From positions 22,382,001 through 22,446,000 of the forward strand of contig OZ024742.1 in the NCBI GenBank assembly GCA_964016885.1: a DNA stretch of 64,000 nucleotides. Reading direction: 5' to 3'. The notes beneath the pieces are model-generated. The model saw nothing but the letters and a program-made list of their open reading frames with translations, had not been told where the DNA came from and did no database searches. Made by a program: the position numbers and the translations under genes. Source of the DNA: Eledone cirrhosa. Lineage: Eukaryota. Below are positions 1 to 18,000 of the stretch, piece by piece. Every line of letters begins with the position of its first letter. The stretch's first letter is position 1.

Positions 1-3000
1 CCCCCAACCATACTACAGACACTGTCTAAACCCACTCACCACCACCATACTACAGACACTGTCTAAACACCCCCCAACCATACTACAGACACTGTCTAAA
101 CCCACCCACCACCACCATACTACAGACACTGTGTAAACCCACCCACCACCACCATACTACAGACACTGTCTAAACACCCCCCAACCATACTACAGACACT
201 GTCTAAACCCCCCCACCACCACCATACTACAGACACTGTCTAAACACCCCCCAACCATACTACAGACACTGTCTAAACCCCCCCCCCCACCACCACCATA
301 CTACAGACACTCTCTTAACCCACCCACCACCACCATACTACAGACACTGTCTATACCCACCCACCACCACCATACTACAGACACTCTCTAAACCCACCCA
401 CCACCACCATACTACAGACACTGTTTAAACGCCCCCCCAACCATACTACAAACACTGTCTAAACCCTACCACCACCACCATACTACAGACACTGTCTAAA
501 CCCACCCACCACCACCATACTACAGACACTGTCTAAACCCACACCTAACCATACTACAGACACTGTCTAAACCCCCCACCACGACCATACTACAGACACC
601 GTCCCAACTCCCCCACCACCACCACCTCCATACTACAGACACTGTCTCCCCCCTAACTATACTACAGAGACTGTCTAAACCCACCCACCACCACCATACT
701 ACAGTCACTGTCTAAACCCACCCCCAACCATACTACAGACACCGTTTAAACCCACCCACCACCACCATACTACAGACACTGACTAAACCCACCCCCAACC
801 ATACTACATACACTGTAAACCCGCCCAACAACACCACCTGCCATACTACAGACACTGTCTAACCCCCCCCCCCACCATACCAGAGACACTGTCTAAACCC
901 CCCACCCACCACCATACTAGAGACATTTTCTAAACACCCCCACCACCACCATACTACAGACACTGTCTAAACCCCCCCACCACCACCATACTACAGACAC
1001 TGTCTAAACCCCCCCACCACCACCATACTAGAGACATTTTCTAAACCCCCCCACCACCACCATACTACAGACACTGTCTAAACCCACCCACCACCACCAC
1101 CATACTACAGACACTGACTAAACCCACCCCCAACCATACTACAGACACTGTCTAAACCCACCCACCACCACCACCATACTACCGACACTGACTAAACCCA
1201 CCCCCAACCATACTACAGACACTGTCTAAACCCGCCCACCACCACCACCTCCATACTACAGACACTGACTAAACCCGGCCCCAACCATACTACAGACACT
1301 GTCTAAACCCGCCCACCACCACCACCTCCATACTACAGACACTGACTAAACCCGGCCCCAACCATACTACAGACACTGTCTAAACCCGCCCACCACCACC
1401 ACCATACTACAGACACTGACTAAACCCACCCCCAACCATACTACAGACACTGTCTAAACCCACCCACCACCACACTACCGACACTGACTAAACCCACCCC
1501 CAACCATACGACAGACACTGTCTAAACCCGCCCACCACCACCACCTCCATACTACAGACACTGACTAAACCCGGCCCCAACCATACTACAGACACTGTCT
1601 AAACCCGCCCACCACCACCACCATACTACAGACACTGACTAAACCCACCCCCAACCATACTACAGACACTGTCTAAACCCACCCACCACCAGCTCCATAC
1701 TACAGACACTGTCTAAACCCACCCACCACCACCATACTACAGACACTGACTAAACCCACGCCCAACCATACTACAGACACTGTCTAAACCCGCCCACCAC
1801 CACCACCTCCATACTACAGACACTGTCTAAACCCACCCACCACCACCATACTACAGACACTGACTAAACCCACGCCAACCATACTACAGACACTGTCTAA
1901 ACCCGCCCACCACCACCACCTCCATACTACAGACACTGTCTAAACCCACCCACCACCACCATACTACAGACACTGACTAAACCCACCCCCAACCATACTA
2001 CAGACACCGTCTAAACCCACCCACCACCACCATACTACAGACACTGACTAAACCCACCCCCAACCATACTACAGACACTGTCTAAACCCGCCCAACACCA
2101 CCACTTGCCATACTACAGACACTGTCTAAACCCCCCACCACCACCATACCAGAGACACTGTCTAAACCCCCCACCACCACCATACTACAGACATTGTCTA
2201 AACCCCCCCACCACCACCATACTACAGACACTGTTTAAACCCGCCCACCACCACCATACTACAGACACTGTCTAAACCCACCCACCACCACCACCATACT
2301 ACAGACACTGACTAAACCCACCCCCAACCATACTACAGACACTGTCTAAACCCCCCCACCACCACCATACTACAGACACTGTCTAAACCCACCCACCACC
2401 AGCATACTACAGACACTGTCTAAACCCACCCACCACCACCACAATACTACAGACACTGACTAAACCCACCCCCAACCATACTACAGACACTGTCTAAACC
2501 CACCCACCACCACCATACTACAGACACTGTCTAAACCCACCCACCACCACCATCATACTACAGACACTGACTAAATCCACCCCCAACCATACTACAGACA
2601 CTGTCTAAACCCCCCCACCACCACCATACTACAGACACTGTCTAAACCCACCCACCACCACCATACTACAGACACTGTCTAAACCCACCCACCACCACCA
2701 CCATACTACAGACACTGACTAAACCCACCCCCAACCATACTACAGACACTGTTTAACCCCCCCCCCCACCATCACCATACTACAGACACTGTCTAAACCC
2801 ACCCACCACCTCCATACTACAGACACTGTCTAAACCCCCCACCACCACCATACTACAGACACTGTCTAAACCCACCCACCACCACCACCATACTACAGAC
2901 ACTGACTAAACCCACCCCCAACCATACTACAGACACTGTTTAACCCCCCCCACCATCACCATACTACAGACACTGTCTAAACCCACCCACCACCTCCATA

Positions 3001-6000
3001 CTACAGACACTGACTAAACCCACCCCCAACCATACTACAGACACTGTCTAAACCCCCCCACCACCACCATACTACAGACACTGTCTAAACCCACCCACCA
3101 CCACCATACTACAGACACTGTCTAAACCCACCCACCACCACCACCATACTACAGACACTGACTAAACCCACCCCCAACCATACTACAGACACTGTTTAAC
3201 CCCCCCCCACCATCACCATACTACAGACACTGTCTAAACCCCCCCACCACCACCATACTACAGACACTGTCTAAACACCCCCACCACCACCATACTACAG
3301 ACCCTGTCTAAACCCCCCCACCACCACCATACTACAGACACTGTCTAAACCCACCCACCACCACCATACTACAGACACTGTCTAAACCCCCCCCCCCCAT
3401 ACTATAGACACTGTCTAAACCCACCCACCACCACCAGACTACAGATACTGTCTAAACCCACCCAACCATACTACAGACACTGTGTAAACCCACCCACCAC
3501 CACCATACTACAGACACTGTCTAAACTCCCCCACCACCACCATACTACAGACACTCTCTAAACCCACCCACCACCACCATACTACCGACACTGTCTAAAC
3601 CCCCCAACCATACTACAGACACTGTCTAAACCCCCCCACCACCACCATACTACAGACGCTGTCTAAACCCCCCCCCCACCACCACCATACTACAGACACT
3701 GTCTAAACCCAACCATCACAACCATACTACAGACACTGTCTAAACCCCCCCAACCATACTACAGACACTGTCTAACCCCCCCCCCCCCACACCACCATAC
3801 TACTGACACTGTCTAACCCCCCCCCCCCCCCACCACCATACTACAGACACTGTCTAAACACCCTCACCACCACCATACTACAGACACTGTCTAAACCCAC
3901 CCATCACCACCATACTACAGACACTGTCTAAACCCCCCCAACCATACTACAGACACTGTCTAAACCTCCCCATCACCACCATACTACAGACACTGTCTAA
4001 ACCCCCCCAACCATACTACAGACACTGTCTAAACCCACTCACCACCACCAGACTACAGACACTGTCTAAACCCCCCACCACCACCATACTACAGACACTG
4101 TCTAAACCCACCCACCACCACCAGACTACAGACACTGTCTAAACCCCCCCAACCATACTACAGACACTGTCTAAACCCACCCACCACCACCATACTACAG
4201 ACACTGTCTAAACGCACCCACCACCACCATACTACAGACACTGTCTAAACCCACCCACCACCACCAGACTACAGACACTGTCTAAACACCCCCAACCATA
4301 CTACAGACACTGTCTAAACCCACCCACCACCACCATACTACAGACACTGTCTAAACGCACCCACCACCACCATACTAAGACAGTGTCTAAACCCACCCAC
4401 CACCACCAGACTACAGACACTGTCTAAACCCCCCACCATCACCATACTACAGACAGTGTATAAACCCACCCACCACCACGAGACTACAGACACTGTCTAA
4501 ACCCACCCACCACCACCATACTACAGACACTGTCTAAACCCACCCACCACCACCATACTACAGACACTGTCTAACCCTCCCCCACCATACTGCAGACACT
4601 CTCTAACCCCCCCCCCCCCCCCCCCCCCACCACCATACAACAGACACTGTCTAACCACCCAACCATACTGCAGACGCACTCTAACCCTACCCCACCACCA
4701 CCATACTACAGACACTGTCTAAACCCCCCACCACCACCATACTACAGACACTGTCTAACCCCCCCCCCCAACCATACTACAGACACTGTCTAAACCCCCC
4801 ACCACCACCATACTACAGACAGTGTCTAAACCCACCACCACCATACTACAGACACCGTCTGACCCCCCCCTCCATACTACAGACACGGTCTAAACCCCCC
4901 CACCACCACCATACTACAGACACTGTGTAAACCCCCCACCACCACCATACTACAGACACTGTCTAAACCCCCCACCACCACCATACTACAGACAGTGTCT
5001 AAACCCCCCCCAACCATACTACAGACAATGTCTAAACCCCCCACCACGACCATACTACAGACACGGTCTAAACCCCCCCACCACCACCATACTACAGACA
5101 CTGTCTAAACCCCCTGCACCACCACCATACTACAGACACTGTCTAAACCCCCCCACCACCACCATACTAGTGACTCTGTCTAAACCCCCCACCACCACCA
5201 TACTACAGTCACTGTCTAAATCCCCCCACCACCACCATACTACAGACACTGTCTAAAGCTACCCACCACCACCATACTACAGACACTGTTTAAACGCCCC
5301 CCAACCATACTACAAACACTGTCTAAACCCTACCACCACCACCATACTACAGACACTGTCTAAACCCACCCACCACCACCATACTACAGACACTGTCTAA
5401 ACCCCCTAACACCACTATACTACAGACACTCTCTAAACCTACCCCCCAACCATACTACAGACACTGTCTAAACCCCCCACCACCACCATACTACAGACAC
5501 TGTCTAACCCCCCCCCCCCAATCATACTACAGACGCTGTCTAAACCCACCCACCACCACCATACTACAGACAGTGTCTAAAACCACCCCCAACCATACTA
5601 CAGACACTGTCTAAACCCCCACCACCACCATACTACAGACACTGTCTAAACCACCCCACCCCACCCCGACCTCCATAATACAGACACTGTCTAAACCCCC
5701 CCACCACCACCATACTACAGACACTGTGTAAACCCACCCACCACCACCATACTACAGACACTGTTTAAACCCACCCACCACCACCATACTACAGACACTG
5801 TCTAAACACCCCCCAACCATACTACAGACACTGTCTAAACCCACTCACCACCACCATACTACAGACACTGTCTAAACACCCCCCAACCATACTACAGACA
5901 CTGTCTAAACCCACCCACCACCACCATACTACAGACACTGTGTAAACCCACCCACCACCACCATACTACAGACACTGTCTAAACACCCCCCAACCATACT

Positions 6001-9000
6001 ACAGACACTGTCTAAACCCCCCCACCACCACCATACTACAGACACTGTCTAAACACCCCCCAACCATACTACAGACACTGTCTAAACCCCCCCACCACCA
6101 CCATACTACAGACACTCTCTTAACCCACCCACCACCACCATACTACAGACACTGTCTATACCCACCCACCACCACCATACTACAGACACTCTCTAAACCC
6201 ACCCACCACCACCATACTACAGACACTGTTTAAACGCCCCCCCAACCATACTACAAACACTGTCTAAACCCTACCACCACCACCATACTACAGACACTGT
6301 CTAAACCCACCCACCACCACCATACTACAGACACTGTCTAAACCCACACCTAACCATACTACAGACACTGTCTAAACCCCCCACCACGACCATGCTACAG
6401 ACACCGTCCCAACTCCCCCACCACCACCACCTCCATACTACAGACACTGTCTCCCCCCTAACTATACTACAGAGACTGTCTAAACCCACCCACCACCACC
6501 ATACTACAGTCACTGTCTAAACCCACCCCCAACCATACTACAGACACCGTTTAAACCCACCCACCACCACCATACTACAGACACTGACTAAACCCACCCC
6601 CAACCATACTACATACACTGTAAACCCGCCCAACACCACCACCTGCCATACTACAGACACTGTCTAAACCCCCCCCCCCACCACCACCATACCAGAGACA
6701 CTGTCTAAACCCCCCACCCACCACCATACTAGAGACATTTTCTAAACACCCCCACCACCACCATACTACAGACACTGTCTAAACCCCCCCACCACCACCA
6801 TACTACAGACACTGTCTAAACCCCCCCACCACCACCATACTAGAGACATTTTCTAAACCCCCCCCACCACCACCATACTACAGACACTGTCTAAACCCAC
6901 CCACCACCACCACCATACTACAGACACTGACTAAACCCACCCCCAACCATACTACAGACACTGTCTAAACCCACCCACCACCACCACCATACTACCGACA
7001 CTGACTAAACCCACCCCCAACCATACTACAGACACTGTCTAAACCCGCCCACCACCACCACCTCCATACTACAGACACTGACTAAACCCGGCCCCAACCA
7101 TACTACAGACACTGTCTAAACCCGCCCACCACCACCACCTCCATACTACAGACACTGACTAAACCCGGCCCCAACCATACTACAGACACTGTCTAAACCC
7201 GCCCACCACCACCACCATACTACAGACACTGACTAAACCCACCCCCAACCATACTACAGACACTGTCTAAACCCACCCACCACCACACTACCGACACTGA
7301 CTAAACCCACCCCCAACCATACGACAGACACTGTCTAAACCCGCCCACCACCACCACCTCCATACTACAGACACTGACTAAACCCGGCCCCAACCATACT
7401 ACAGACACTGTCTAAACCCGCCCACCACCACCACCATACTACAGACACTGACTAAACCCACCCCCAACCATACTACTGACACTGTCTAAACCCACCCACC
7501 ACCAGCTCCATACTACAGACACTGTCTAAACCCACCCACCACCACCATACTACAGACACTGACTAAACCCACGCCCAACCATACTACAGACTCTGTCTAA
7601 ACCCGCCCACCACCACCACCTCCATACTACAGACACTGTCTAAACCCACCCACCACCACCATACTACAGACACTGACTAAACCCACGCCAACCATACTAC
7701 AGACACTGTCTAAACCCGCCCACCACCACCACCTCCATACTACAGACACCGTCTAAACCCACCCACCACCACCATACTACAGACACTGACTAAACCCACC
7801 CCAACCATACTACAGACACTGTCTAAACCCGCCCAACACCACCACTTGCCATACTACAGACACTGTCTAAACCCCCCACCACCACCATACCAGAGACACT
7901 GTCTAAACCCCCCACCACCACCATACTACAGACATTGTCTAAACCCCCCCACCACCACCATACTACAGGCACTGTTTAAACCCGCCCACCACCACCATAC
8001 TACAGACACTGTCTAAACCCACCCACCACCACCACCATACTACAGACACTGACTAAACCCACCCCCAACCATACTACAGACACTGTCTAAACCCCCCAAC
8101 CACCACCATACTACAGACACTGTCTAAACCCACCCACCACCAGCATACTACAGACACTGTCTAAACCCACCCACCACCACCACAATACTACAGACACTGA
8201 CTAAACCCACCCCCAACCATACTACAGACACTGTCTAAACCCACCCACCACCGCCATACTACAGACACTGTCTAAACCCACCCACCACCACCATCATACT
8301 ACAGACACTGACTAAATCCACCCCCAACCATACTACAGACACTGTCTAAACCCCCCCACCACCACCATACTACAGACACTGTCTAAACCCACCCACCACC
8401 ACCATACTACAGACACTGTCTAAACCCACCCACCACCACCACCATACTACAGACACTGACTAAACCCACCCCCAACCATACTACAGACACTGTTTAACCC
8501 CCCCCCCCCACCATCACCATACTACAGACACTGTCTAAACCCACCCACCACCTCCATACTACAGACACTGTCTAAACCCCCCACCACCACCATACTACAG
8601 ACACTGTCTAAACCCACCCACCACCACCACCATACTACAGACACTGACTAAACCCACCCCCAACCATACTACAGACACTGTTTAACCCCCCCCCCCCACC
8701 ATCACCATACTACAGACACTGTCTAAACCCACCCACCACCTCCATACTACAGACACTGTCTAAACCCACCCACCACCACCACCATACTACAGACACTGAC
8801 TAAACCCACCCCCAACCATACTACAGACATTGTTTAACCCCCCCCCACCATCACCATACTACAGACACTGTCTAAACCCACCCACCACCTCCATACTACA
8901 GACACTGACTAAACCCACCCCCAACCATACTACAGACACTGTCTAAACCCCCCCACCACCACCATACTACAGACACTGTCTAAACCCACCCACCACCACC

Positions 9001-12000
9001 ATACTACAGACACTGTCTAAACCCACCCACCACCACCACCATACTACAGACACTGACTAAACCCACCCCCAACCATACTACAGACACTGTTTAACCCCCC
9101 CCCCCCCCCCCCCCCCCACCATCACCATACTACAGACACTGTCTAAACCCCCCCACCACCACCATACTACAGACACTGTCTAAACACCCCCCACCACCAC
9201 CATACTACAGACCCTGTCTAAACCCCCCCACCACCACCATACTACAGACACTGTCTAAACCCACCCACCACCACCATACTACAGACACTGTCTAAACCCC
9301 CCCACCACCACCATACTATAGACACTGTCTAAACCCACCCACCACCACCAGACTACAGATACTGTCTAAACCCACCCAACCATACTACAGACACTGTGTA
9401 AACCCACCCACCACCACCATACTACAGACACTGTCTAAACTCCCCCACCACCACCATACTACAGACACTCTCTAAACCCACCCACCACCACCATACTACC
9501 GACACTGTCTAAACCCCCCAACCATACTACAGACACTGTCTAAACCCCCCCACCACCACCATACTACAGACGCTGTCTAAACCCCCCCCACCACCACCAT
9601 ACTACAGACACTGTCTAAACCCAACCATCACAACCATACTACAGACACTGTCTAAACCCCCCCAACCATACTACAGACACTGTCTAACCCCCCCCCCCCC
9701 CCACCACCATACTACTGACACTGTCTAAACCCCCCCCCCCCCCACCATACTACAGACACTGTCTAAACACCCTCACCACCACCATACTACAGACACTGTC
9801 TAAACCCACCCATCACCACCATACTACAGACACTGTCTAAACCCCCCCAACCATACTACAGACACTGTCTAAACCTCCCCATCACCACCATACTACAGAC
9901 ACTGTCTAAACCCCCCCAACCATACTACAGACACTGTCTAAACCCACTCACCACCACCAGACTACAGACACTGTCTAAACCCACCCACCACCACCAGACT
10001 ACAGACACTGTCTAAACCCCCCCAACCATACTACAGACACTGTCTAAACCCACCCACCACCACCATACTACAGACACTGTCTAAACGCACCCACCACCAC
10101 CATACTACAGACACTGTCTAAACCCACCCACCACCACCAGACTACAGACACTGTCTAAACACCCCCAACCATACTACAGACACTGTCTAAACCCACCCAC
10201 CACCACCATACTACAGACACTGTCTAAACGCACCCACCACCACCATACTAAGACAGTGTCTAAACCCACCCACCACCACCAGACTACAGACACTGTCTAA
10301 ACCCCCCACCATCACCATACTACAGACAGTGTATAAACCCACCCACCACCACGAGACTACAGACACTGTCTAAACCCACCCACCACCACCATACTACAGA
10401 CACTGTCTAAACCCACCCACCACCACCATACTACAGACACTGTCTAACCCTCCCCCACCATACTGCAGACACTCTCTAACCCCCCCCCCCCCACCACCAC
10501 CATACTACAGACACTGTCTAAACCCCCCACCACCACCATACTACAGACACTGTCTAAACCCCCCCCCCCCCCCCAACCATACTACAGACACTGTCTAAAC
10601 CCCCCACCACCACCATACTACAGACAGTGTCTAAACCCACCACCACCATACTACAGACACCGTCTGACCCCCCCCCCTCCATACTACAGACACGGTCTAA
10701 ACCCCCCCACCACCACCATACTACAGACACTGTGTAAACCCACCCACCACCACCATACTACAGACACTGTCTAACCCCCCCCCCCAACCATACTACAGAC
10801 AATGTCTAAACCCCCCACCACGACCATACTACAGACACTGTCTAAACCCCCTCCCACTACCTTCATACTACAGACACTGTCTCCCCCCCTAACCATACTA
10901 CAGACACTGTCTAAACCCCCCCCCCCCCACCACCACCATACTACAGACACTGTCTAAACCCACCCACCACCATCATACTACAGACACTGTCTAAACCCAC
11001 CCCCAACCATACTACAGACATTGTCTAACCCCCCCCCCCCCCACCACCACCATACTACAGACACTGTCTAAACGCCCTCAACCATACTACAGACACTGTC
11101 TAAACCCACCCACCACCACCATACTACAGACACTGTCTAAACCCACCCCCAACCATACTACAGACACTGTCTAAACCCCCCACCACGACCATACTATGGA
11201 CACTGTCTAAAACACCCCCACCAACAACACCTCCACACTACATACACTGTCTCCCCCCCCTAACCATACTACAGACACTGTCTAAACCCACCCACCACCA
11301 CCATACTACAGACACTGTCTAAACCCCCCCACCACCACCATACTACAGACACTGTCTAAACCCACCCACCACCACCATACTACAGACACTGTCTAAACCC
11401 ACCCCCAACCATACTACAGACACTGTCTAAACCCACCCCCAACCATACTACAGACACTGTCTAAACCCACCCCCAACCATACTACAGACACTGTCTAAAC
11501 CCACCCACCACCACCATACTACAGAGACTGTCTAACCCCCCCCCACCACCACCACCATACTACAGACACTGTCTAAACCCTCCCCCAACCATACTACAGA
11601 CACTGTCTAAACCCACCCACCACCACCATACTACAGACACTCTCTAACCCCACCCACCACCACCACCACCATACTACAGACACTGACTAAACCCACCCCC
11701 AACCATACTACAGACACTGTCTAAACCCGCCCACCACCACCACCTGCCATACTACAGACACTGTATAAACCCCCCCCCCACCACCACGATACTACAGACA
11801 CTGTCTAAACCCACCCCCAACCATACTACAGACACTGTCTAAACCGCCCACCACCACCACCTGCCATACTACAGACACTGTCTAAACCCCCCACCACCAC
11901 CATACTACAGACACTGTCTAAACCCACCCCCAAACATACTACAGACACTGTCTAAACACCCCCACCACCACCAGATTACAGACACTGTCTAAACCCCCCC

Positions 12001-15000
12001 ACAGACACCCTACTACAGACACTGTCTAACCCCCCCCACCACCACCATACTACAGACACTGTCTAAAGCTACCCACCACCACCATACTAGAGACACTGTC
12101 TAAACCCCCCCACCAACACCCTACTACAGACACTGTCTAACCCCCCCCCCCCCCACCACCATACTACAGACACTGTCTAAAGCTACCCACAACCACCATA
12201 CTACAGACACTGTCTACCCCCCATACTACAGACACTGTCTAAACCCGCCCACCACCACCACCTCCATACTACAGACACTGTCTAAACCCCCCCACCACCA
12301 CCATACTACAGACACTGTCTAAACCCCACCCACCACCACCATACTACAGACACTGACTAAACCCACCCCCAACCATACTACAGACACTGTCTAAACCCCC
12401 TGCACCACCACCATACTACAGACACTGTCTAAACCCCCCCACCACCACCATACTACAGACACTGTCAAAACTCCCCCCACCCACAATTCTACAGACACTG
12501 TCTAAACCCACCTCCAACCATACTACAGACACTGTCTAAACCCCCCCACCACCACCATACTAGAGACACTGTCTAAACCCCCCACCACCACCATACTACA
12601 GACACTGTCAAAACTCCCCCCACCCACAATTCTACAGACACTGTCTAAACCCTCCCCCAACCATACTACAGACACTGTCTAAACCCACCACCACCATACT
12701 ACAGACAGTGTCTAAACCCACCCCAACCATACTACAGACACTGTCTAACCCCCCCCCCCCCCGCCCCACCCCCACCTCCATACTACAGAGACTGGCTAAA
12801 CCGCCCACCACACCATACTATAGACACTGTCTAAACACCCCCCAACCATACTACAAACACTGTTTAACCCCCCCCAACCATACTACAGACACTGTTTAAA
12901 CCCACCCCCCAACCATACTACAGACACTGTTTAAACCCCCCCCCAACCATACTACAGACACTGTCTAAATCCACCCCCAACCATACTACAGACACTGTCT
13001 AAACCCACCCCCCAACCATACTACAGACACTGTCTAAACCCCCCTCACCACCACCATACTACAGACACTGTCTAAACCCACCCCAACCGTACCACAGACA
13101 CTGTCTAAACCCCCCCACCACCACCATACTACAGACACTGTCTACCCCTCCCCAACCATACTACAGACACTGTCTAACCCCCCCCCCCCACCATACTACA
13201 GACACTGTCTAAACCCCCTCCAACCATACTACAGACACTGTCTAAACCCACCCACCACCACCATACTACAGACACTGTCTAAACCCCCCCCCACCACCAC
13301 CATACTACAGACACTGTCTAACCCCCCCCCCCCCCCCCACCTCCATACTACAGACACTGTGTAAACCCACCCACCACCACCATACTACAGACACTGTCTA
13401 AACCCCCCACCACCACCATACTACAGACACTGTTTAAACCCCCCCACCTCCATACTACAGACACTGTCTAAACCCACCCACCACCACCATAATACAGACA
13501 CTGTCTAAACCCCCCACCATCACCATACTACAGACACTGTCTAAACCCACCCACCACCACCATACTACAGACACTGTCTAAACCCACCCCCAACCATACT
13601 ACAGACACTGTCTAAACCCACCCACCACCACCATAATACAGACAGTCTAAACCACCCACCATCACCATAATACAGACACTGTCTAAACCCACCCACCACC
13701 ACCATAATACAGACACTGTCTAAACCCCCCAACATCACCATACTACAGACACTGTCTAAACCCACCCATCACCACCATACTACAGACACTGTCTAAACCC
13801 ACCCCCAACCATACTACAGACACTGTCTAAACCCACCCACCACCACCATAATACAGACAGTCTAAACCACCCACCACCACCATAATACAGACACTGTCTA
13901 AACCCACCCACCACCACCATAATACAGACACTGTCTAAACCCCCCAACATCACCATACTACAGACACTGTCTAAACCCACCCACCACCACCATACTACAG
14001 ACACTGTCTAAACCCACCGCCAACCATACTACAGACACTGTCTAAACCCACCCACCACCACCATAATACAGACACTGTCTAAACCCCCCACCATCACCAT
14101 ACTACAGACACTGTCTAAACCCACCCATCACCACCATACTACAGACACTGTTTAAACCCACCCATCACCACCATACTACAGACACTGTTTAAACCCACCC
14201 ACCACCACCATACTGCAGACACTGACTAAACCCACCCCAACCATACTACAGACACTGTCTAAACCCCCCCACCACCACCATACTAGAGACAGTGTCTAAA
14301 CCCACCCCAACCATACTACAGACACTGTCTAACCCCACCCCGCCAACATACTAGAGGCACTGTCTAAACTCCCCCACCACCACCATACTACAGACACTGT
14401 CTAAACCCACCCCAACCATACCACAGACACTGTCTAAACCTTCCCACCACCACCATACTACAGACACTGTCTACCCCCCACAACCATACTACAGACACTG
14501 TCTAAACGCCCCCCACCACCACCACCGTACTACAGACACTGTCTAAACCCCCCCCACCACCACCATACTACAGACACTGTGTAAACCCACCCACCACCAC
14601 CATACTACAGACACTGTCTAAACACCCCCCAACCATACTACAGACACTGTTTAAACCCACCACCAGCCATACTACAGACACTGTTTAAACCCACCCTTCA
14701 ACCATACTACAGACACTGTCTAAACCCCCGCACCAACCATACTACAGACACTGTCTAAACCCACCCCCCAACCATAATACAGACACTGTCTAAACCCCCC
14801 CACCACCACCATACTACAGACACTGTTTAAACCCACCCTTCAACCATACTACAGACACTGTCTAAACCCACCCCCAACCATACTACAGACACTGTCTAAA
14901 CCCACCCCCCAACCATACTACAGACACTGTTTAACCCCCCCCCCCCCCTAACCATACTACATACACTGTCTAACCCCCCCCCCCCCCCCCACCACCATAC

Positions 15001-18000
15001 CAGAGACACTGTCTAAACCCACCCCCAACCATAATACAGACACTGTTTAAACCCCCCCACCACCACCATACTAGAGACACTCTCTAAACCCCCTCCCCAC
15101 CATACTACAGACACTGTCTAAACCCACCACCACCATACTATAGACAGTGTCTAAACCCACCCACCACCACCATACTACAGACAGTGTCTAAACCCACCCA
15201 CCACCACCATACTACAGACACTGTCTAAACCCACCCAAACAATACTACAGACACTGTCTAAACCCACCCACCACCACCATACTACAGTCAGTGTCTAAAC
15301 CCACCCACCACCACCATACTACAGACACTGTCTAAACCCTCCCCCACCCATACTACAGACACTGTCTAAACCCACCCACCACCACCATACTACAGACACT
15401 GTCTAAACCCTCCCCCAACCATACTACAGACATTGTCTAAACACCCCACCACCACCATACTACAGACACTGTCAAACCCCCCCCCCCCCCCCACCACCAT
15501 ACTACAGACACTGTCTAAACCCACCCACCACCACCATACTACAGACAATGTCTAACCCCCCCACCTACCATACTACAGACACTGTCTAAACCCACCCATC
15601 ACCACCATACTACAGACACTGTCTAAACCCACCCACCACCACCATACTACAGACACTGTCTAACCCCCCCACCTACCATACTACAGACACTGTCTAAACA
15701 CCCCACCACCACCATACTACAGACACTGTCAAACCCCCCACCACCACCATACTACAGACACTGTCTAAACCCACTCACCACCACCATACTACAGACACTG
15801 TCTAACCCCCCCACCTACCATACTACAGACACTGTCTAAACCCACCCATCACCACCATACTACAGACACTGTCTAAACCCACCCACCACCACCATACTAC
15901 AGACACTGTCTAACCCCCCCACCTACCATACTACAGACACTGTCTAAACACCCCACCACCACCATACTACAGACACTGTCAAACACCCCACCACCACCAT
16001 ACTACAGACACTGTCTAAAACACCCACCACCACCATACTACAGACACTGTCAAACCCCCCACCACCACCATACTACAGACACTGTCTAACCCCCCCACCA
16101 TACTACAGACACTGACTAAACCCCCCCCCCCCCACCACCACCATACTACAGACACTGTCTAAACCCACCCATCACCACCATACTACAGACACTGTCTAAA
16201 CCCACCCACCACCACCATAATACAGACACTCTCTAAACCCCCCCACCACCACCATACTACAGGCACTGTCTAAACCCCCCCACCACACCATACTACAGAC
16301 ACTGTCTAAACCCACCCACCACCACCATATTACAGACACTGTCTAAACCCCCCACCACCACCATACTACAGACACTGTCTAAACCCACCCCCCAACCATA
16401 CTACAGACACTGTCTAAACCCGCCCAGCACCACCACCTGCCATACTGCAGACACTGTCTAAACCCCCCCACCACCACCATACTAGAGACACTGTCTAAAC
16501 CCCCTCCCCACCATACTACAGACACTGTCAAAACTCCCCCACCCACCATACTACAGACACTGTCTAAACCCTCCCCCAACCATACTACAGACACTGTCTA
16601 AACCCACCCAAAACCACCATACTACAGACAGTGTCTAAACCCACCCCCAACCATACTACAGACACTGTCTATACCCCCCACCACCACCATACTGTAGACA
16701 CTGTCTAACCCCCCCTCCCTCACCTCCATACTACAGACACTGTCTAAACCCCCCCTTCACCACCATACTATAGAGACTGTGTAAACCCACCCACCACCAC
16801 CATACTACAGACACTGTCTAAACCCACCCCCCAACCATACTACAGACACTGTCTAAACCCACCCCCCAACCATACTACATACACTGTTTAAACCCCCCAC
16901 CACCACCATACTACAGACACTGTCTAACCCCCCCCCCCCCCCCCCATCACCACCATACTACAGACACTGTCTAAACCCCCCACCACCACCATACTACAGA
17001 CACTGTCAAAACCCCCCCACCACCACCATACTACAGACACTGTCTAAATCCCCCACCACGACCATACGACAGACACTGTCTAAACCCCCCCACCACCACC
17101 GTACTACAGACACTGTCTAAACCCACCCACCACCACCATACTACAGACACTGTCTAACCCCCCCCCATACTGCAGACACTCTCTAACCCCCCCATACTAC
17201 AGACACTGTCTAAACCCCCCCCAACCATACTACAGACACTGTCTAAACCTACCCACCACCACCATACTACAGACACTGTCTAAACCCACCCACCACCACC
17301 ATACTACAGACACTGTCTAAACCCACCCACCACCACCAGACTACAGACACCGTCTAAACCCCCCACCACCACCATACTACAGACACTGTCTAAACCCACC
17401 CACCCACCATCATACTACAGACACTGTCTAAACCCCCCCACCCACCATCATACTACAGACACTGTCTAAACCCCCTTCCAACCATACTACAGACACTGCA
17501 TAAACCCACCCACCACCACCATACTACAGACACTGTCTAAACCCACCCACCACCACCATACTACAGACACTGTCTAAACCCCCCCCCCATACTGCAGACA
17601 CTCTCTAACCCCCCCATACTACAGACACTGTCTAAACCCCCCCCAACCATACTACAGACACTGTCTAAACCCACCCACCACCACCATACTACAGACACCG
17701 TCTAAACCCCCCACCACCACCATACTACAGACACTGTCTAAACCCACCCACCCACCATCATACTACAGACACTGTCTAAACCCCCCCACCCACCATCATA
17801 CTACAGACACTGTCTAAACCCCCCCTCCAACCATACTACAGACACTGCATAAACCCACCCACCACCACCATACTACAGACACTGTCTAAACCCACCCACC
17901 ACCACCATACTACAGACACTGTCTAAACCCACCCACCACCACCAGACTACAGACACCGTCTAAACCCCCCACCACCACCATACTACAGACACTGTCTAAA

